A DNA stretch of 64,000 nucleotides from a virus (Duplodnaviria; Caudoviricetes), in IMG/VR virus record IMGVR_UViG_3300017951_000001, positions 1 through 64,000 of that record. One strand, written 5' to 3'. A program made the position numbers and the translations under genes. Positions 54,770-64,000 of this stretch are shown here, piece after piece. Below the pieces are notes generated by a model that saw nothing but the letters and a program-made list of their open reading frames with translations, searched no databases and was not told the origin of the DNA. Position 1 is the first letter of the stretch, and each line of letters starts with the position of its first letter.

Positions 54770-57700
54770 TCTCTCCCGTAACGGTTAAACCTGCCCCGTT
54801 CGAATCCCACTGTAACACCCGAGGCTTTCTTTAGTTTTCTTTCTAGCTTTGGAGCATGGCCCCGGTCCATGGCTGTGACAGTAACCGCGTCTAACAACCG
54901 CCCTTCCGCCATGATTGCAATATCGATGGGGGCTCCGCCTCCCATCGTTGAGATTCCGGGGGTTGCTTGGTTTGCGCTCGGGCCAACAGGCGCAGCCATG
55001 CGACGGCGGTTTTCCTGGGCGGAAATAATCGCTTCGCCTTTGTGTACGGTAACAAGGCGGTTGGACGGAATGTAGTCGATCCCGGAGTACGCATTGAGAC
55101 CGACGAAACCCGCTAATTTGTCAACGTAATCTCCAATCATTCCTCCAGTACCTTCCCCGTCTTTTCCGCTGCCTTGGAAAATGTTCTTGATACCCTTGAA
55201 TGCTCTACTGAATATGTCTTTGAAAATCTGAACAAGCTCTTCGAAAGCTTCCCTTAAACCCTTGAAAATTGCTTTGATTATCTCAAGTCCGATTTGCGGA
55301 AGCTTGAAGATGACTTCTTCCACCAAGGCTTTGACCAAGGCGACAGCAATTTCCGGAATTCTGGTTATGATTTCAACGAAGATTCTTGGAATCGCAACAA
55401 TAACTGCGGTGATGATTTCATCAATGCTGTTGACGAATGCCAGGATAATATCGGGAATTGCTCCAATGATTGCGGAAATCACATCAGGAAGCATCCCGAT
55501 GATTGCTCCGATCAAATCCGGAAGCAATTCAATTATGCTTGCTATGAGAAGTGGAAGTTGTTCCACCAATGTTGTTGCTAAAGACAATATTCCTTCAACA
55601 ATAGCCATTACGATTGTTGGAAGGTTGTCGATGAAAGCTTTGATGATTTTGGGTACGGCCTTGACCAGAGCCTTCACAATGTTATCGACGCCGCTAATCA
55701 ATGCTTCAATGACGTCGGGAAGCGCGGCAACCAACGCGTCGATAATGTCAGGCAATACCCGTACAATATTAGCGACGCCTTCTGTGATTACCCGAATCAC
55801 TTCTGGCAGTGCTCGTACAATGGCATTGATCACCATTGGGAGCGCATCAATCAAAGCTTGAATCAGTACATCGAGGGCATCCAACAACTCGCGCAGAAGT
55901 TCGGGAAGTGCTCTGCGAACAAAATGCACGAAGATATTCGCTAAATGCGGAATTGCATCTGCGACCCCTTCAATGAGAAGGGGAATGCCTTCCACCAATA
56001 CGTTGATTAGCCTTGGAAGCTCATTTGATACACGCTCGGCCAGAATCGGAATGGCCTCCGATACCCGTTCGAACATCGCTGGCAATTTGTCAGCCAATGC
56101 ATCCAGCATTGACGGCAGAGCCACGATTAGTTGTTCGGTGAATCGAGCCGCACCGAGGATTAAATCCTTAACGAATGCTCTCGCTGCTTCTGCGGCATCG
56201 AAAGCTGACAAAGCAACAAATGCATTCTCGTATTCTTGTGCAGTGATGGACCCACGAGCTAACGCTTCATCGATCTCCAAAATCGCTGCTTCAGCTTCAT
56301 TAGCTGAATCGATGACGGCTGACATTCCATCTTGGATGGAGAAAGTAAAACCGCCAGTCATAAACGAGAAAACGTCTTTGATGGCTCCGACCGTCTTTTT
56401 GACGACCTTCTGAATGGTTCCAGAAACCGTTTCAGCGATGGACGTCGCCGTGTCGGCAACACCCTTCAGAGCTTCAAGAGAAGCCTTCTGCCTTTCTTTG
56501 GAAGTCTTCTTCTCTAACTCTGCAATCTTTCTGTTGTAGTGCGCTGTAATCTTGGCTTTTTCTTCTTCCGAAGCTTCTGCGTAATCAACAAGTTTGTCGG
56601 CAAGTTGTTGTTCCAACCTTGCTCGCTGCCGAAGCATATCGGCTTGCTCGCGGAGAAATTTTGCCAGTTTCTTGTTCTTCGTCTTCGAAGCACGATCTTC
56701 CAACGCCGCAGATTGTTCGGTTTCGAAGTTGGTTAACTCGATGATTTCCCTGGTAATTTTCTCTTTTTCTTTCAACGCCCTCTGATCGAACAACTCATTG
56801 ATTCTTGCTTTTTGAGCTTCCGTTGCTTCGGAATGCTCTGCAAGCATTTTCATCCGATCGATTTCAATCTTCATCAAGCGAGCGCCGCGCGCAGTGGCAG
56901 CTTCAATCGCCATATTTTCGATTTGTTGCTCGATAGCTTGGAAGATGGCTCGCCGTGCCATCTGCCTTTCCAACTCATGCCGAGCTTCAATATCCGAAAT
57001 CGCTTGTTGTCTTTTCGCAACAACAACGAGGTATGGAACAGTGCCGGCTTGATACAGGGCTAGTTCGTCATCGAAAGATCTCTTTGCTTCTTCCAACTCT
57101 TTCTTGTAAGCGGCTTCTGTGATAGCTGCCGCATCGTCTCTGAATCTGTTTCTCGCTTCAATCAGGGCTTCAGCCTGTTCGCGCATGAATTCAGACGTTT
57201 CTTTCGCCTCCCGATTCCGGAACGTATCGAGAATTTGTTGTTCAGTTTCAGCCCGTTGGCGAAGCAAATCGGCCCTTGCTTGGCTGTTTTCTGCGAGTAA
57301 CGCAAGTTCATCGGCATATGCTTTTCGCGTTGCTGCGATGGCGTTCTCAAATTCAATGCGAATGAGTTCGGCTTCGTCTGCTCGCGACTTGCGAAGTTCA
57401 TTTGCCGCTTTCTCTTGAGCTTTGATTCGCTTCTTTTGAGCATTCTCAAACTCGCGCGCAGCTTCTTGCGACTGGCGAGCCAACTCCTCTGCATCTCGTT
57501 GTTCATCACGGGAGATTTTCTTACGTTCAATCGAACGCCTATGATTTTCGGCTGCAATTGCATTTGCGAACGTCTGGAATCTTTGTTGAAGATCCCTTTC
57601 TTTCTTGTACGCATCGTCCCGGTACACTGAAAGTTCTTGGTATGAATCGGCAACTCTCTTTAGTTGTCCCGTCACAGTGTCTTTGATGAAGAACCCGGAG

Positions 57701-59688
57701 CCATGTTCATCAACGTCTTCGAAAGCATGAGCAAGTTCTGTAGCTTTTTGGCTAGCCTGATCGGCTTGGACTTGGAACGTTCCCAACCGTTCCATCATCT
57801 TCGCCATAGCTTTTTGAGAACCATCGACGCCCTGTTCGGCCAATTCAAAGGCGTCTGCAACACTCATCACGATTTCATTTCCGTCAAACAATGCTCGGAA
57901 ATGAGTACCAGCCGCAGTGCCGGCAGCGATTTCATGCGCCGTTAACGAACGAACGTTCTCAATAGTCTTTTCAAGTGACCTGTTTAGCTTGCCCTGCGTA
58001 GCAAGCCGGTCTTCCATGATTCGAAGGAAGATTTGATTTGCGTTTTGTTCTGATTGCGCCCTCTCCAACAGAACTTTTCGCCGGTACTCGTCGCGTTCTG
58101 CTAGCTTGTCTTGTGTTAACGCAAACCTTTCTGTTACTTCGGAAGCTTCGCGCGTCAGGTAAATGTAACCGCCAATGGTTGCGACAAAAGCTCCGAGGGC
58201 TAACACAAGGGCATAAATACCACCGGTTGCTGTAGTGATCGTTCCAGCTAAAGCTGCGATTGCACCGGACAGACCGGTGACTCCAACCTTCATGCCAACA
58301 ACTGTGGCAATCGCTAACTTAACAGAAACAACGAATTGTTGGACTTTGATCGCAACGAATGTCGCAGCGATTAAAACACCAACCTTCTCCAGCAGAGGCA
58401 ACATGGTGGATAAGATAGAAACAACTCTACTTAAACCATCTACAAAGTTAACAAAAGTATTTGCGATCTGAATCCGGTTCGATTCCAACCACTCCGTAAT
58501 TGACTCTAAAATAGAACCGAAAGAATCGGCCATATTGTCGCTTTCTTTGTTGAAAACAAAAGCGGTGTGTTGAATGACTTTCGAAAGGGTCGTTAACAAT
58601 TTCTTGAGTGGTTCAGCGTAAGTCATAAATACGCTCAACATCAATTCTTCGAGAGCCGAGATAACGATTTGGAACTGTGATTTCACAGTGTCCAACATCA
58701 TTTCATACGTTTCTTCTGCGCTTCCAGCAGAGTTTTCGAGTGCATCCAACAATTCAAAATAGTTGGCTTGCCCGTCTCGGAATTGCTCCGCAATGCTTGA
58801 AATATTCGCACCAGCGCGAACACCGAAGACGTCCATCATATCTGATGCTTTCAGCCCAGCATCAGCGACGGTTTGCATGATTTCCCCGAAAGTATGAAGT
58901 TCCGGGTTAATGTCTTTCTGCGTTAGCCCGTACCGGGCTAGTGCTCGTTCCCCCTTTGCTGTTACTTTCGCGGCTTGACTCATTGCCATGCGAAAGTTTG
59001 TTCCAGCCATCGATCCTTCAAGACCGAGGTTACGGAACTGCGCAACTGCCGCCGTCGTCTCTTCGAGCGACATACCAAATGCAGCACCGACAGAGCCCGC
59101 GTATTTCATGGCTTCCGTCAAACTGCTCATGTCGAAAAGTGAGGCTCGAAGCGTTTCGTTAAACACATCGGCTACGCGATTCGACTCGCTGCTGTGCATG
59201 TTGAACTGTGCCATTGTCGCGGCCAACAACGACGTGCTTTGGGACATTTCAGCCCCAGCAGCACCAGCCAACATGAGTGCGGGTCCACTCACGTCCATGA
59301 TTTCGTTTGTACGAAGACCCGCACGCGCAAGGTCCTGCATTGCATCGGCAGCTTGCGTTGCCGTGTATTGGGTGCTCGCGCCTAATTCTCTCGCTTTCTT
59401 CGTAAGTGCTTCTAATCCATTTACGCCATCCACCGCAACGGCAGCGACTTTTGTAATGGATTGTTCGAAATCAGCGCCAACCAAAGTCGACTTGACACCG
59501 AACGCAGTAATCGCGGCATTCGCCGCCATGAAACTGCCAACGAGAACTTTCTGAATACTGTTCCCGAATTTGTTGATTCGGTTGTTGAACTTGAGGAGAT
59601 TGCTTTCTGCGTTTTCGACAGCCTTTGAAAACTGCGCATCTTGAAGGAGCAACTGGATTGTCAGTTTGCCGATATTCTGGTTAGCCAT
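54766..59688 (-). CDS. Tail tape measure protein (TP901-type core)
   Basis: 1640 aa; ELGASTQYTATQAADAM..LARAG, GLEGSMAGT; amphipathic W/F-periodic repeats. Confidence 0.93.
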   Translation of the reverse strand: MANQNIGKLTIQLLLQDAQFSKAVENAESNLLKFNNRINKFGNSIQKVLVGSFMAANAAITAFGVKSTLVGADFEQSITKVAAVAVDGVNGLEALTKKARELGASTQYTATQAADAMQDLARAGLRTNEIMDVSGPALMLAGAAGAEMSQSTSLLAATMAQFNMHSSESNRVADVFNETLRASLFDMSSLTEAMKYAGSVGAAFGMSLEETTAAVAQFRNLGLEGSMAGTNFRMAMSQAAKVTAKGERALARYGLTQKDINPELHTFGEIMQTVADAGLKASDMMDVFGVRAGANISSIAEQFRDGQANYFELLDALENSAGSAEETYEMMLDTVKSQFQIVISALEELMLSVFMTYAEPLKKLLTTLSKVIQHTAFVFNKESDNMADSFGSILESITEWLESNRIQIANTFVNFVDGLSRVVSILSTMLPLLEKVGVLIAATFVAIKVQQFVVSVKLAIATVVGMKVGVTGLSGAIAALAGTITTATGGIYALVLALGAFVATIGGYIYLTREASEVTERFALTQDKLAERDEYRRKVLLERAQSEQNANQIFLRIMEDRLATQGKLNRSLEKTIENVRSLTAHEIAAGTAAGTHFRALFDGNEIVMSVADAFELAEQGVDGSQKAMAKMMERLGTFQVQADQASQKATELAHAFEDVDEHGSGFFIKDTVTGQLKRVADSYQELSVYRDDAYKKERDLQQRFQTFANAIAAENHRRSIERKKISRDEQRDAEELARQSQEAAREFENAQKKRIKAQEKAANELRKSRADEAELIRIEFENAIAATRKAYADELALLAENSQARADLLRQRAETEQQILDTFRNREAKETSEFMREQAEALIEARNRFRDDAAAITEAAYKKELEEAKRSFDDELALYQAGTVPYLVVVAKRQQAISDIEARHELERQMARRAIFQAIEQQIENMAIEAATARGARLMKIEIDRMKMLAEHSEATEAQKARINELFDQRALKEKEKITREIIELTNFETEQSAALEDRASKTKNKKLAKFLREQADMLRQRARLEQQLADKLVDYAEASEEEKAKITAHYNRKIAELEKKTSKERQKASLEALKGVADTATSIAETVSGTIQKVVKKTVGAIKDVFSFMTGGFTFSIQDGMSAVIDSANEAEAAILEIDEALARGSITAQEYENAFVALSAFDAAEAARAFVKDLILGAARFTEQLIVALPSMLDALADKLPAMFERVSEAIPILAERVSNELPRLINVLVEGIPLLIEGVADAIPHLANIFVHFVRRALPELLRELLDALDVLIQALIDALPMVINAIVRALPEVIRVITEGVANIVRVLPDIIDALVAALPDVIEALISGVDNIVKALVKAVPKIIKAFIDNLPTIVMAIVEGILSLATTLVEQLPLLIASIIELLPDLIGAIIGMLPDVISAIIGAIPDIILAFVNSIDEIITAVIVAIPRIFVEIITRIPEIAVALVKALVEEVIFKLPQIGLEIIKAIFKGLREAFEELVQIFKDIFSRAFKGIKNIFQGSGKDGEGTGGMIGDYVDKLAGFVGLNAYSGIDYIPSNRLVTVHKGEAIISAQENRRRMAAPVGPSANQATPGISTMGGGAPIDIAIMAEGRLLDAVTVTAMDRGHAPKLERKLKKASGVTVGFERGRFNRYGRD

Positions 59689-59724
59689 CGTTACTCCATT
59701 TGGGCTAGCTACATTCTATCTTAT

Positions 59725-60075
59725 TTAGATAGTTTCAACACCGAAGCCAGCAGCAGAAATGTTGAACATCATCTCTGCATCTTTCGACTCCTCATTTTTA
59801 TCCTTCTTATCTTTCGATATTCGGGATTTTTTATATTTGCTTCCAAGTGCGCCCAGCACCGGCTCTGCTACCAAATTGATCATGCTGACTTTATGCATCA
59901 ACACGCATTCGGAAGCAAAACCGATCTGATCCCAAGTCAAATCAAGAACTTGGTCCATTGTCCATCCAGAAGAAAACAAAGAACCAAACATTTCCTTGAT
60001 CTGAACCGTTACATCGCCCCGCCCAGAGCCGTCATCGCGCTCCCGGTTCTCTTCGCGAGGCGAACGAACAAAGGG
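59725..60075 (-). CDS. Tail assembly chaperone, -1 frameshifted C-terminal (GT-like) segment
   Basis: The -1 frame is open from slippery heptamer C CCT TTG (60069-60075) to the stop at 59725. Confidence 0.65.
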   Translation of the reverse strand, partial: PFVRSPREENRERDDGSGRGDVTVQIKEMFGSLFSSGWTMDQVLDLTWDQIGFASECVLMHKVSMINLVAEPVLGALGSKYKKSRISKDKKDKNEESKDAEMMFNISAAGFGVETI

Positions 60076-60491
60076 GCAATTGCTGCCACCAATTCTTCGA
60101 TGGCGAACAGATCCGAAGCATCAATCACATCGATGCCAGCTTTGTTGCCGTTCTCAAGGGCTGCGTTGTATGCCTGGGGGTGAGCCGTCATAAACATGCG
60201 AGCCAACGCATCGACGACTTGTGGGTCTTGAGCCAAATTCAGAAGAATGCCGACGATGCCCAAAGCTCCAGTGACATTCATATCGATATTCACTGCCGGC
60301 AACGATTTTACTTCATCGATTAACCGCATAATCTCAATTTGCTTCCGAGCACTTACGCTGCCAGAAACAATGTGCTCCTCGCCCGTTACGTCAGTAATCA
60401 CAACGGATTTGACTGGAACAAGAGTTTCAATAAGCTTTTTGAGATCCAACTCTTCTTCGTTTTGATTCACTTCGACCTGGTTTTCAGACAT
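60009..60491 (-). CDS. Tail assembly chaperone (G-like)
   Basis: Position between tail tube and tape measure; GGAGG RBS. Confidence 0.75.
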   Translation of the reverse strand: MSENQVEVNQNEEELDLKKLIETLVPVKSVVITDVTGEEHIVSGSVSARKQIEIMRLIDEVKSLPAVNIDMNVTGALGIVGILLNLAQDPQVVDALARMFMTAHPQAYNAALENGNKAGIDVIDASDLFAIEELVAAIAPLFVRLAKRTGSAMTALGGAM

Positions 60492-60524
60492 TGCACCTCC
60501 AAGGCGTCTGCGTCATGGTAACAC

Positions 60525-60559
60525 AAAAAAGCACCAGACCCCAACGAGGAGTCTGGTGC
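60525..60559 (-). terminator. Intrinsic terminator after the major tail gene
   Basis: GCACCAGAC-N11-GTCTGGTGC plus A6 run. Confidence 0.75.
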
Positions 60560-60576
60560 AATGAGACTAGCTTTAA

Positions 60577-61131
60577 TTACGCAGTAACGCGAACGAACTT
60601 GATCAGTTGGCTGCGGTAATCAAGCGAACTTCCGGCCCAATCGGTGCTGACCCGCTGGCACTTGAACGCCGCCGGGAACTGATGCTCGTCAGAACCAAGC
60701 GGAGCAGAAAGGCCAGCCTCGGCGACAACCTTCCAAGCATACACATTCATCGTGTTGCCAGTAACAGCCATCGCATGCTCGATGTGGAGAGCATAGCTGG
60801 TCGTGAGCGGGTCGCCACCGAAACTGAAAGTGTCCGAACCACCACCGCTGGTAGTTTGGCCGGCTCCCAGAATCGCGGCGAAGTTATCGAAGTTCCACTC
60901 AATCGAAGTGAAGTTGATCATCACACCTTGAGTCTGACTGAAGGTGTACTCGATCAGCTTCGGGTTACCCTGCATGATGTCCCGACGTTCGCTGGAAACC
61001 TCAATGGTGACGCCATCTTCGGTGATGAATCCAACGTCAGTCGAAGGGGTAGATCCGGCTGCGCCAAGGTAAACTTTGGCAGGTCCGAAAGAGATATTAT
61101 TGGTGCTACCTGATGGAATGTTTAAAGGCAT
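60577..61131 (-). CDS. Major tail tube protein
   Basis: ISFGPAKVY...DVGFITEDGV beta-rich tail-tube pattern; position. Confidence 0.75.
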   Translation of the reverse strand: MPLNIPSGSTNNISFGPAKVYLGAAGSTPSTDVGFITEDGVTIEVSSERRDIMQGNPKLIEYTFSQTQGVMINFTSIEWNFDNFAAILGAGQTTSGGGSDTFSFGGDPLTTSYALHIEHAMAVTGNTMNVYAWKVVAEAGLSAPLGSDEHQFPAAFKCQRVSTDWAGSSLDYRSQLIKFVRVTA

Positions 61132-61201
61132 TGGTCAACTCTTTGGGTTTGATATGCTTTCCAGTAGCACCTTAACGGCGTCTGGTGAGACTGTACCATC
61201 A

Positions 61202-61543
61202 CTATAACTTTTCTTCAACGTATTCCAAAGCATTCAATTCGCCGCAACCCCGACAAACTACACGAATTGAACCACCTGCGCCTAACCGAACATATGAAAC
61301 GAAATCACGGTAACGAATTCGAAGTTCATCTACTGTTTCGTCATAAAGTCCAAGTCGAATTTTGCATTTGGAACATTTCCAAATCACGTCGCAAGGCGAG
61401 TGTTCTTCTTGTTCAACCGGCGAAGAGGTGGCAGGGAGGCTTTTGACCAAAATGTTGAGGTCTTTTTCGATCCCGCGAACTTGCCGTTCTAACCTTTCAA
61501 TCCGCTCAATCATTTGCGACTCGTAGATTGATCTTTTTACCAC
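61202..61543 (-). CDS. Coiled-coil plus Com-like zinc-ribbon protein
   Basis: WKCSKCKIRLG...VVCRGCGELN. Confidence 0.55.
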   Translation of the reverse strand: MVKRSIYESQMIERIERLERQVRGIEKDLNILVKSLPATSSPVEQEEHSPCDVIWKCSKCKIRLGLYDETVDELRIRYRDFVSYVRLGAGGSIRVVCRGCGELNALEYVEEKL

Positions 61544-61697
61544 AACCAGAGCAAGTGACCTTTACAACCATCGTCATTCGCAGTTCTTCGGCAGGCACCA
61601 AACGAACACCTGTCGGCAATTTGGTTAGATTGTTTCCACAACCACATGTAATGTTTGTGGAGCGGTTACCAAAAGGTCGTGTCTGTTGAGTATTCAT
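61506..61697 (-). CDS. Small zinc-ribbon protein
   Basis: ITCGCG...VTCSGCG. Confidence 0.5.
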   Translation of the reverse strand: MNTQQTRPFGNRSTNITCGCGNNLTKLPTGVRLVPAEELRMTMVVKVTCSGCGKKINLRVAND

Positions 61698-61703
61698 TTC
61701 AAG

Positions 61704-62117
61704 TTATCCCGCAGCTTGAGCAATCCATGTTCCTCGGGCATACCATGCAATTAACCTATCATTGAATCCTGTTCTCGGTCTATCCGATTCATAACAATAA
61801 CCCGCTGTTGCTACGTTCGGATCGTACAACCGTTCACTGCATAACGCGTCAAATGCCGCTGCGTATACGTCGAGTGTTTCACCAAAACTATACTTTGAAT
61901 ACGAATATAAGTGAACAACCTGTTCTTGCTTTGCTTTATTCGACATTGCAAAACCGCCCTGTGGGGCGAGAATCAAAACAGGCATATCGATCGTTGTTTG
62001 TGAGGCATCAAAACGATGCGATGTCATCACTCGTGAACCGACGAGATTGGTAACTAACGAATTCGCAAGAAGCGTGTTTCGCATGAGTTGAACAACGTTG
62101 ATTGTCGAAGTCGCCAT
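61704..62117 (-). CDS. Tail terminator/completion protein (DUF3168-like)
   Basis: LLANSLVTNLVGSRV...MPVLIL pattern and position. Confidence 0.7.
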   Translation of the reverse strand: MATSTINVVQLMRNTLLANSLVTNLVGSRVMTSHRFDASQTTIDMPVLILAPQGGFAMSNKAKQEQVVHLYSYSKYSFGETLDVYAAAFDALCSERLYDPNVATAGYCYESDRPRTGFNDRLIAWYARGTWIAQAAG

Positions 62118-62131
62118 TAGTTATCCAATGT

Positions 62132-62611
62132 TTACCGCACCTTGAGTACGCGGTTCCTGTAAGTAGAAGCTAATACTTTTTGAAGCTTTTTTTGTACTTG
62201 TTTTTGTTGGACTGTTTGATTTAGCGTATCGCGACCCAACATGACGCTCGTTCCTTGAATCACAGCTTCCGCCACCAAACCACTCACAGAGATTTGGTAG
62301 TCAACCGATTTCCTTGTGTGGACAACTTCGCCTTTCAAGGTTCGAAGGATACTTCCACCACCTTGATCGTGTACCAACCAAGGTCGTTGACTGTGAACCA
62401 AAATGCGTCCGTGCCTGACTGCATACGGGTGATCTAAAGCCGTTAATTGATCTTGAGTATATGTGTGGTCTGAAAGGTTCTTTCGGATTGCTTTCAGAGC
62501 AACATCACCGGCAGCATCAATAGCTGCATGTGCAGCCATCCGGTTTGTTTTGATAAGCCGTTTGAACGTCTGGAGCGTGATGCGTAAATCTTTCGAGTCC
62601 ACGCGATACAT
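62132..62611 (-). CDS. HK97 gp10-like tail completion protein
   Basis: Position; AEAVIQGTSVMLGRDTL ending. Confidence 0.6.
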   Translation of the reverse strand: MYRVDSKDLRITLQTFKRLIKTNRMAAHAAIDAAGDVALKAIRKNLSDHTYTQDQLTALDHPYAVRHGRILVHSQRPWLVHDQGGGSILRTLKGEVVHTRKSVDYQISVSGLVAEAVIQGTSVMLGRDTLNQTVQQKQVQKKLQKVLASTYRNRVLKVR

Positions 62612-62717
62612 GATGCCACCATAAGCCTAGATTAATCAGAATGGCCCACAGAAACGATTTTACACGGGTCGCCGGGGCACGTCACCCCGGAACGACCACG
62701 CGCCCCCAGAACGTCGT

Positions 62718-64000
62718 CTAGGGTTGTTCTTCGTGCCCATCTGTCGGAGCCGGAATCAACCCATCTTCGATCATTTGGTAGACCATTTCATCGGGCAGTG
62801 AGAATGAAGGAAGTTCAATGTCCGGAAGGGTCGTATTCCCAACACGGCTTTGAACTGTCAAATGCCCGAATGCTTCAACCACCCGGACAACTTCTTCCTG
62901 CCATGGATGCTTCTTCGTTGTTCGTTTTGCGCTTTCAACCAACAATGCTTTCGCCAATCGAAGGTGATGAACTCCCAATTCCTTGAAGGCCAAGTAGCTT
63001 TCGCCGGCACATGCAACGCCGCGCTCGTAGCATTCTTGAGCTTTGCCGAGGTTCCCGTCGTTCGCGAATTGAAGGCCGAGCGAAACCCAAGCACCAGAAT
63101 TGTGTGGGTTGTCTTCGAGTTCTTTCACCAACATGCGCCGGTACTTGTTCAACTTTCCTTCAAGCTTGTCGTCTTCGACCGTAAGTCCGAAATGATTGCA
63201 AGTGAACGGCGCGTATCGAAGCATAGGATGCACTCCGTTCTTGCGGAGCGTTTTGACCGCTGCATCGAATCCCTCGTGGACCCGTGAGTTCATGCGCATG
63301 ATTCCGGACGCATCCAACCGAGTAATCCGAAGACTTTCACTCATGGATGCGGGTGCGCCTCGCAGGAAGTTCCGGAATCTGAACATCCAACCCCATCCGT
63401 CACTCGTTTCGACCATGGAACGAATGCAACGCAGGCTAACAGTTGGTTCACCTTGGAACCGTTCATCTGCGTCTTGAAACCAAGCCCAATCAACGCCTTG
63501 AGTCTGCAATTGATTCAATGCTGCATTCCGACACTCCGACAAGTCATCGTCGAACTCTGAATGGACCCAAATCACGTCGTAAAGTTTCGCAAACGCAGCC
63601 AACGTGCGTCCGGGTCCAGTCTCGGGCCATTCGTTTTCCGGAATATCCAACTCATCAACGTTGGAGTCCAACCAATGCTTATCTTCGTCAGACCATTCGC
63701 CGGTCCAAACTAAAACCATCGCATCGGACATCGAGTAAGAATCATTCAGCCACATTGCAACGTCTTCCGGACTTTCACCGGAATGAGTAAGCATGTAAAA
63801 GCCGATGCGATTGTGGGGAACGTAGGGGCGTAGCTTCATCCCTTCTTCGGCAACAATGTGACTGTAATCATTGCCTCCAACTAGAACCGCGTCGGGATTC
63901 GGATCGATCTTTGAGTACCAAGCATATTTGTTCGTACGTTGTGAACTATGCATGTACCCGAAGTGGCGAAATCGAATGTTTGCTACTCGGCGAGAGCCAT
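62718..64000 (-). CDS. GT2 (GT-A) glycosyltransferase with TPR-like C-terminus; 5' end outside the window
   Basis: Frame is open to the window edge (..IRFRHFGYMH..); DLSECRNAAL, WFQDADE (DxD), RVHE, HFG, DNPHNSGAWVSLG. Confidence 0.8.
   Translation of the reverse strand, partial: GSRRVANIRFRHFGYMHSSQRTNKYAWYSKIDPNPDAVLVGGNDYSHIVAEEGMKLRPYVPHNRIGFYMLTHSGESPEDVAMWLNDSYSMSDAMVLVWTGEWSDEDKHWLDSNVDELDIPENEWPETGPGRTLAAFAKLYDVIWVHSEFDDDLSECRNAALNQLQTQGVDWAWFQDADERFQGEPTVSLRCIRSMVETSDGWGWMFRFRNFLRGAPASMSESLRITRLDASGIMRMNSRVHEGFDAAVKTLRKNGVHPMLRYAPFTCNHFGLTVEDDKLEGKLNKYRRMLVKELEDNPHNSGAWVSLGLQFANDGNLGKAQECYERGVACAGESYLAFKELGVHHLRLAKALLVESAKRTTKKHPWQEEVVRVVEAFGHLTVQSRVGNTTLPDIELPSFSLPDEMVYQMIEDGLIPAPTDGHEEQP

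Noticed and set aside
54869-59639. Many + strand ORFs antisense to the tape measure and other minus-strand genes
   Set aside because: Antisense shadows of long coding frames with no motifs or RBS
1-64000. Stop-codon reassignment (TAG read-through), suggested by AG scarcity
   Set aside because: Genes translate intact under code 11, TAG is used as a stop (e.g. 62718, 12322) and no suppressor tRNA is present
1-64000. Prophage/integrative element or plasmid-prophage
   Set aside because: No integrase, att-like host flank or ParA is seen; the ParB-N genes lack partitioning HTH domains. Lifestyle cannot be decided from this window

Overview
Part of a tailed dsDNA phage genome (siphovirus-like, long tape-measure protein) with a bacterial host, inferred from a peptidoglycan amidase and Shine-Dalgarno motifs. 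Read on the minus strand, the order is: glycosyltransferase, tail completion, tube, chaperone and tape-measure genes (64-49 kb); lysis membrane genes and two tRNAs (49-47 kb); an AEP-like primase and LamG tail fibres (47-41 kb); recombination and replication genes (SF2 helicase, PD-(D/E)XK exonuclease, AAA_24, SSB, resolvase, primase-helicase; 40-32 kb); three ParB-N paralogs, MazG, a RavA/ViaA-like pair and a GT-B glycosyltransferase (31-22 kb); small early genes (21.6-17.9 kb); a repeat-rich, mostly non-coding putative genome-end region (17.9-14.0 kb); a lambda GpA-type terminase; an 11-kb oppositely oriented block (terS-like, tRNA-Leu, methyltransferases, DenV-like, endolysin, UDP-xylose synthase); and the portal gene, which runs off the left edge. 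No integrase, DNA polymerase, capsid gene, CRISPR array or reverse transcriptase is visible in the window. The strongest unexplained signal is a 1,436-bp tract (14375-15810) next to the putative cos site with no AG or CT dinucleotide at all. It contains an acidic Ala/Thr/Asp-rich early gene and is followed by a repeat family whose copies switch from AG/CT-free to AG/CT-containing versions, and then by an AG/CT-saturated spacer. The three tRNAs decode the codons favoured by AG/CT avoidance, and several candidate DNA- or virion-modifying enzymes are present. All annotations come from motif reading only; no database searches were run.
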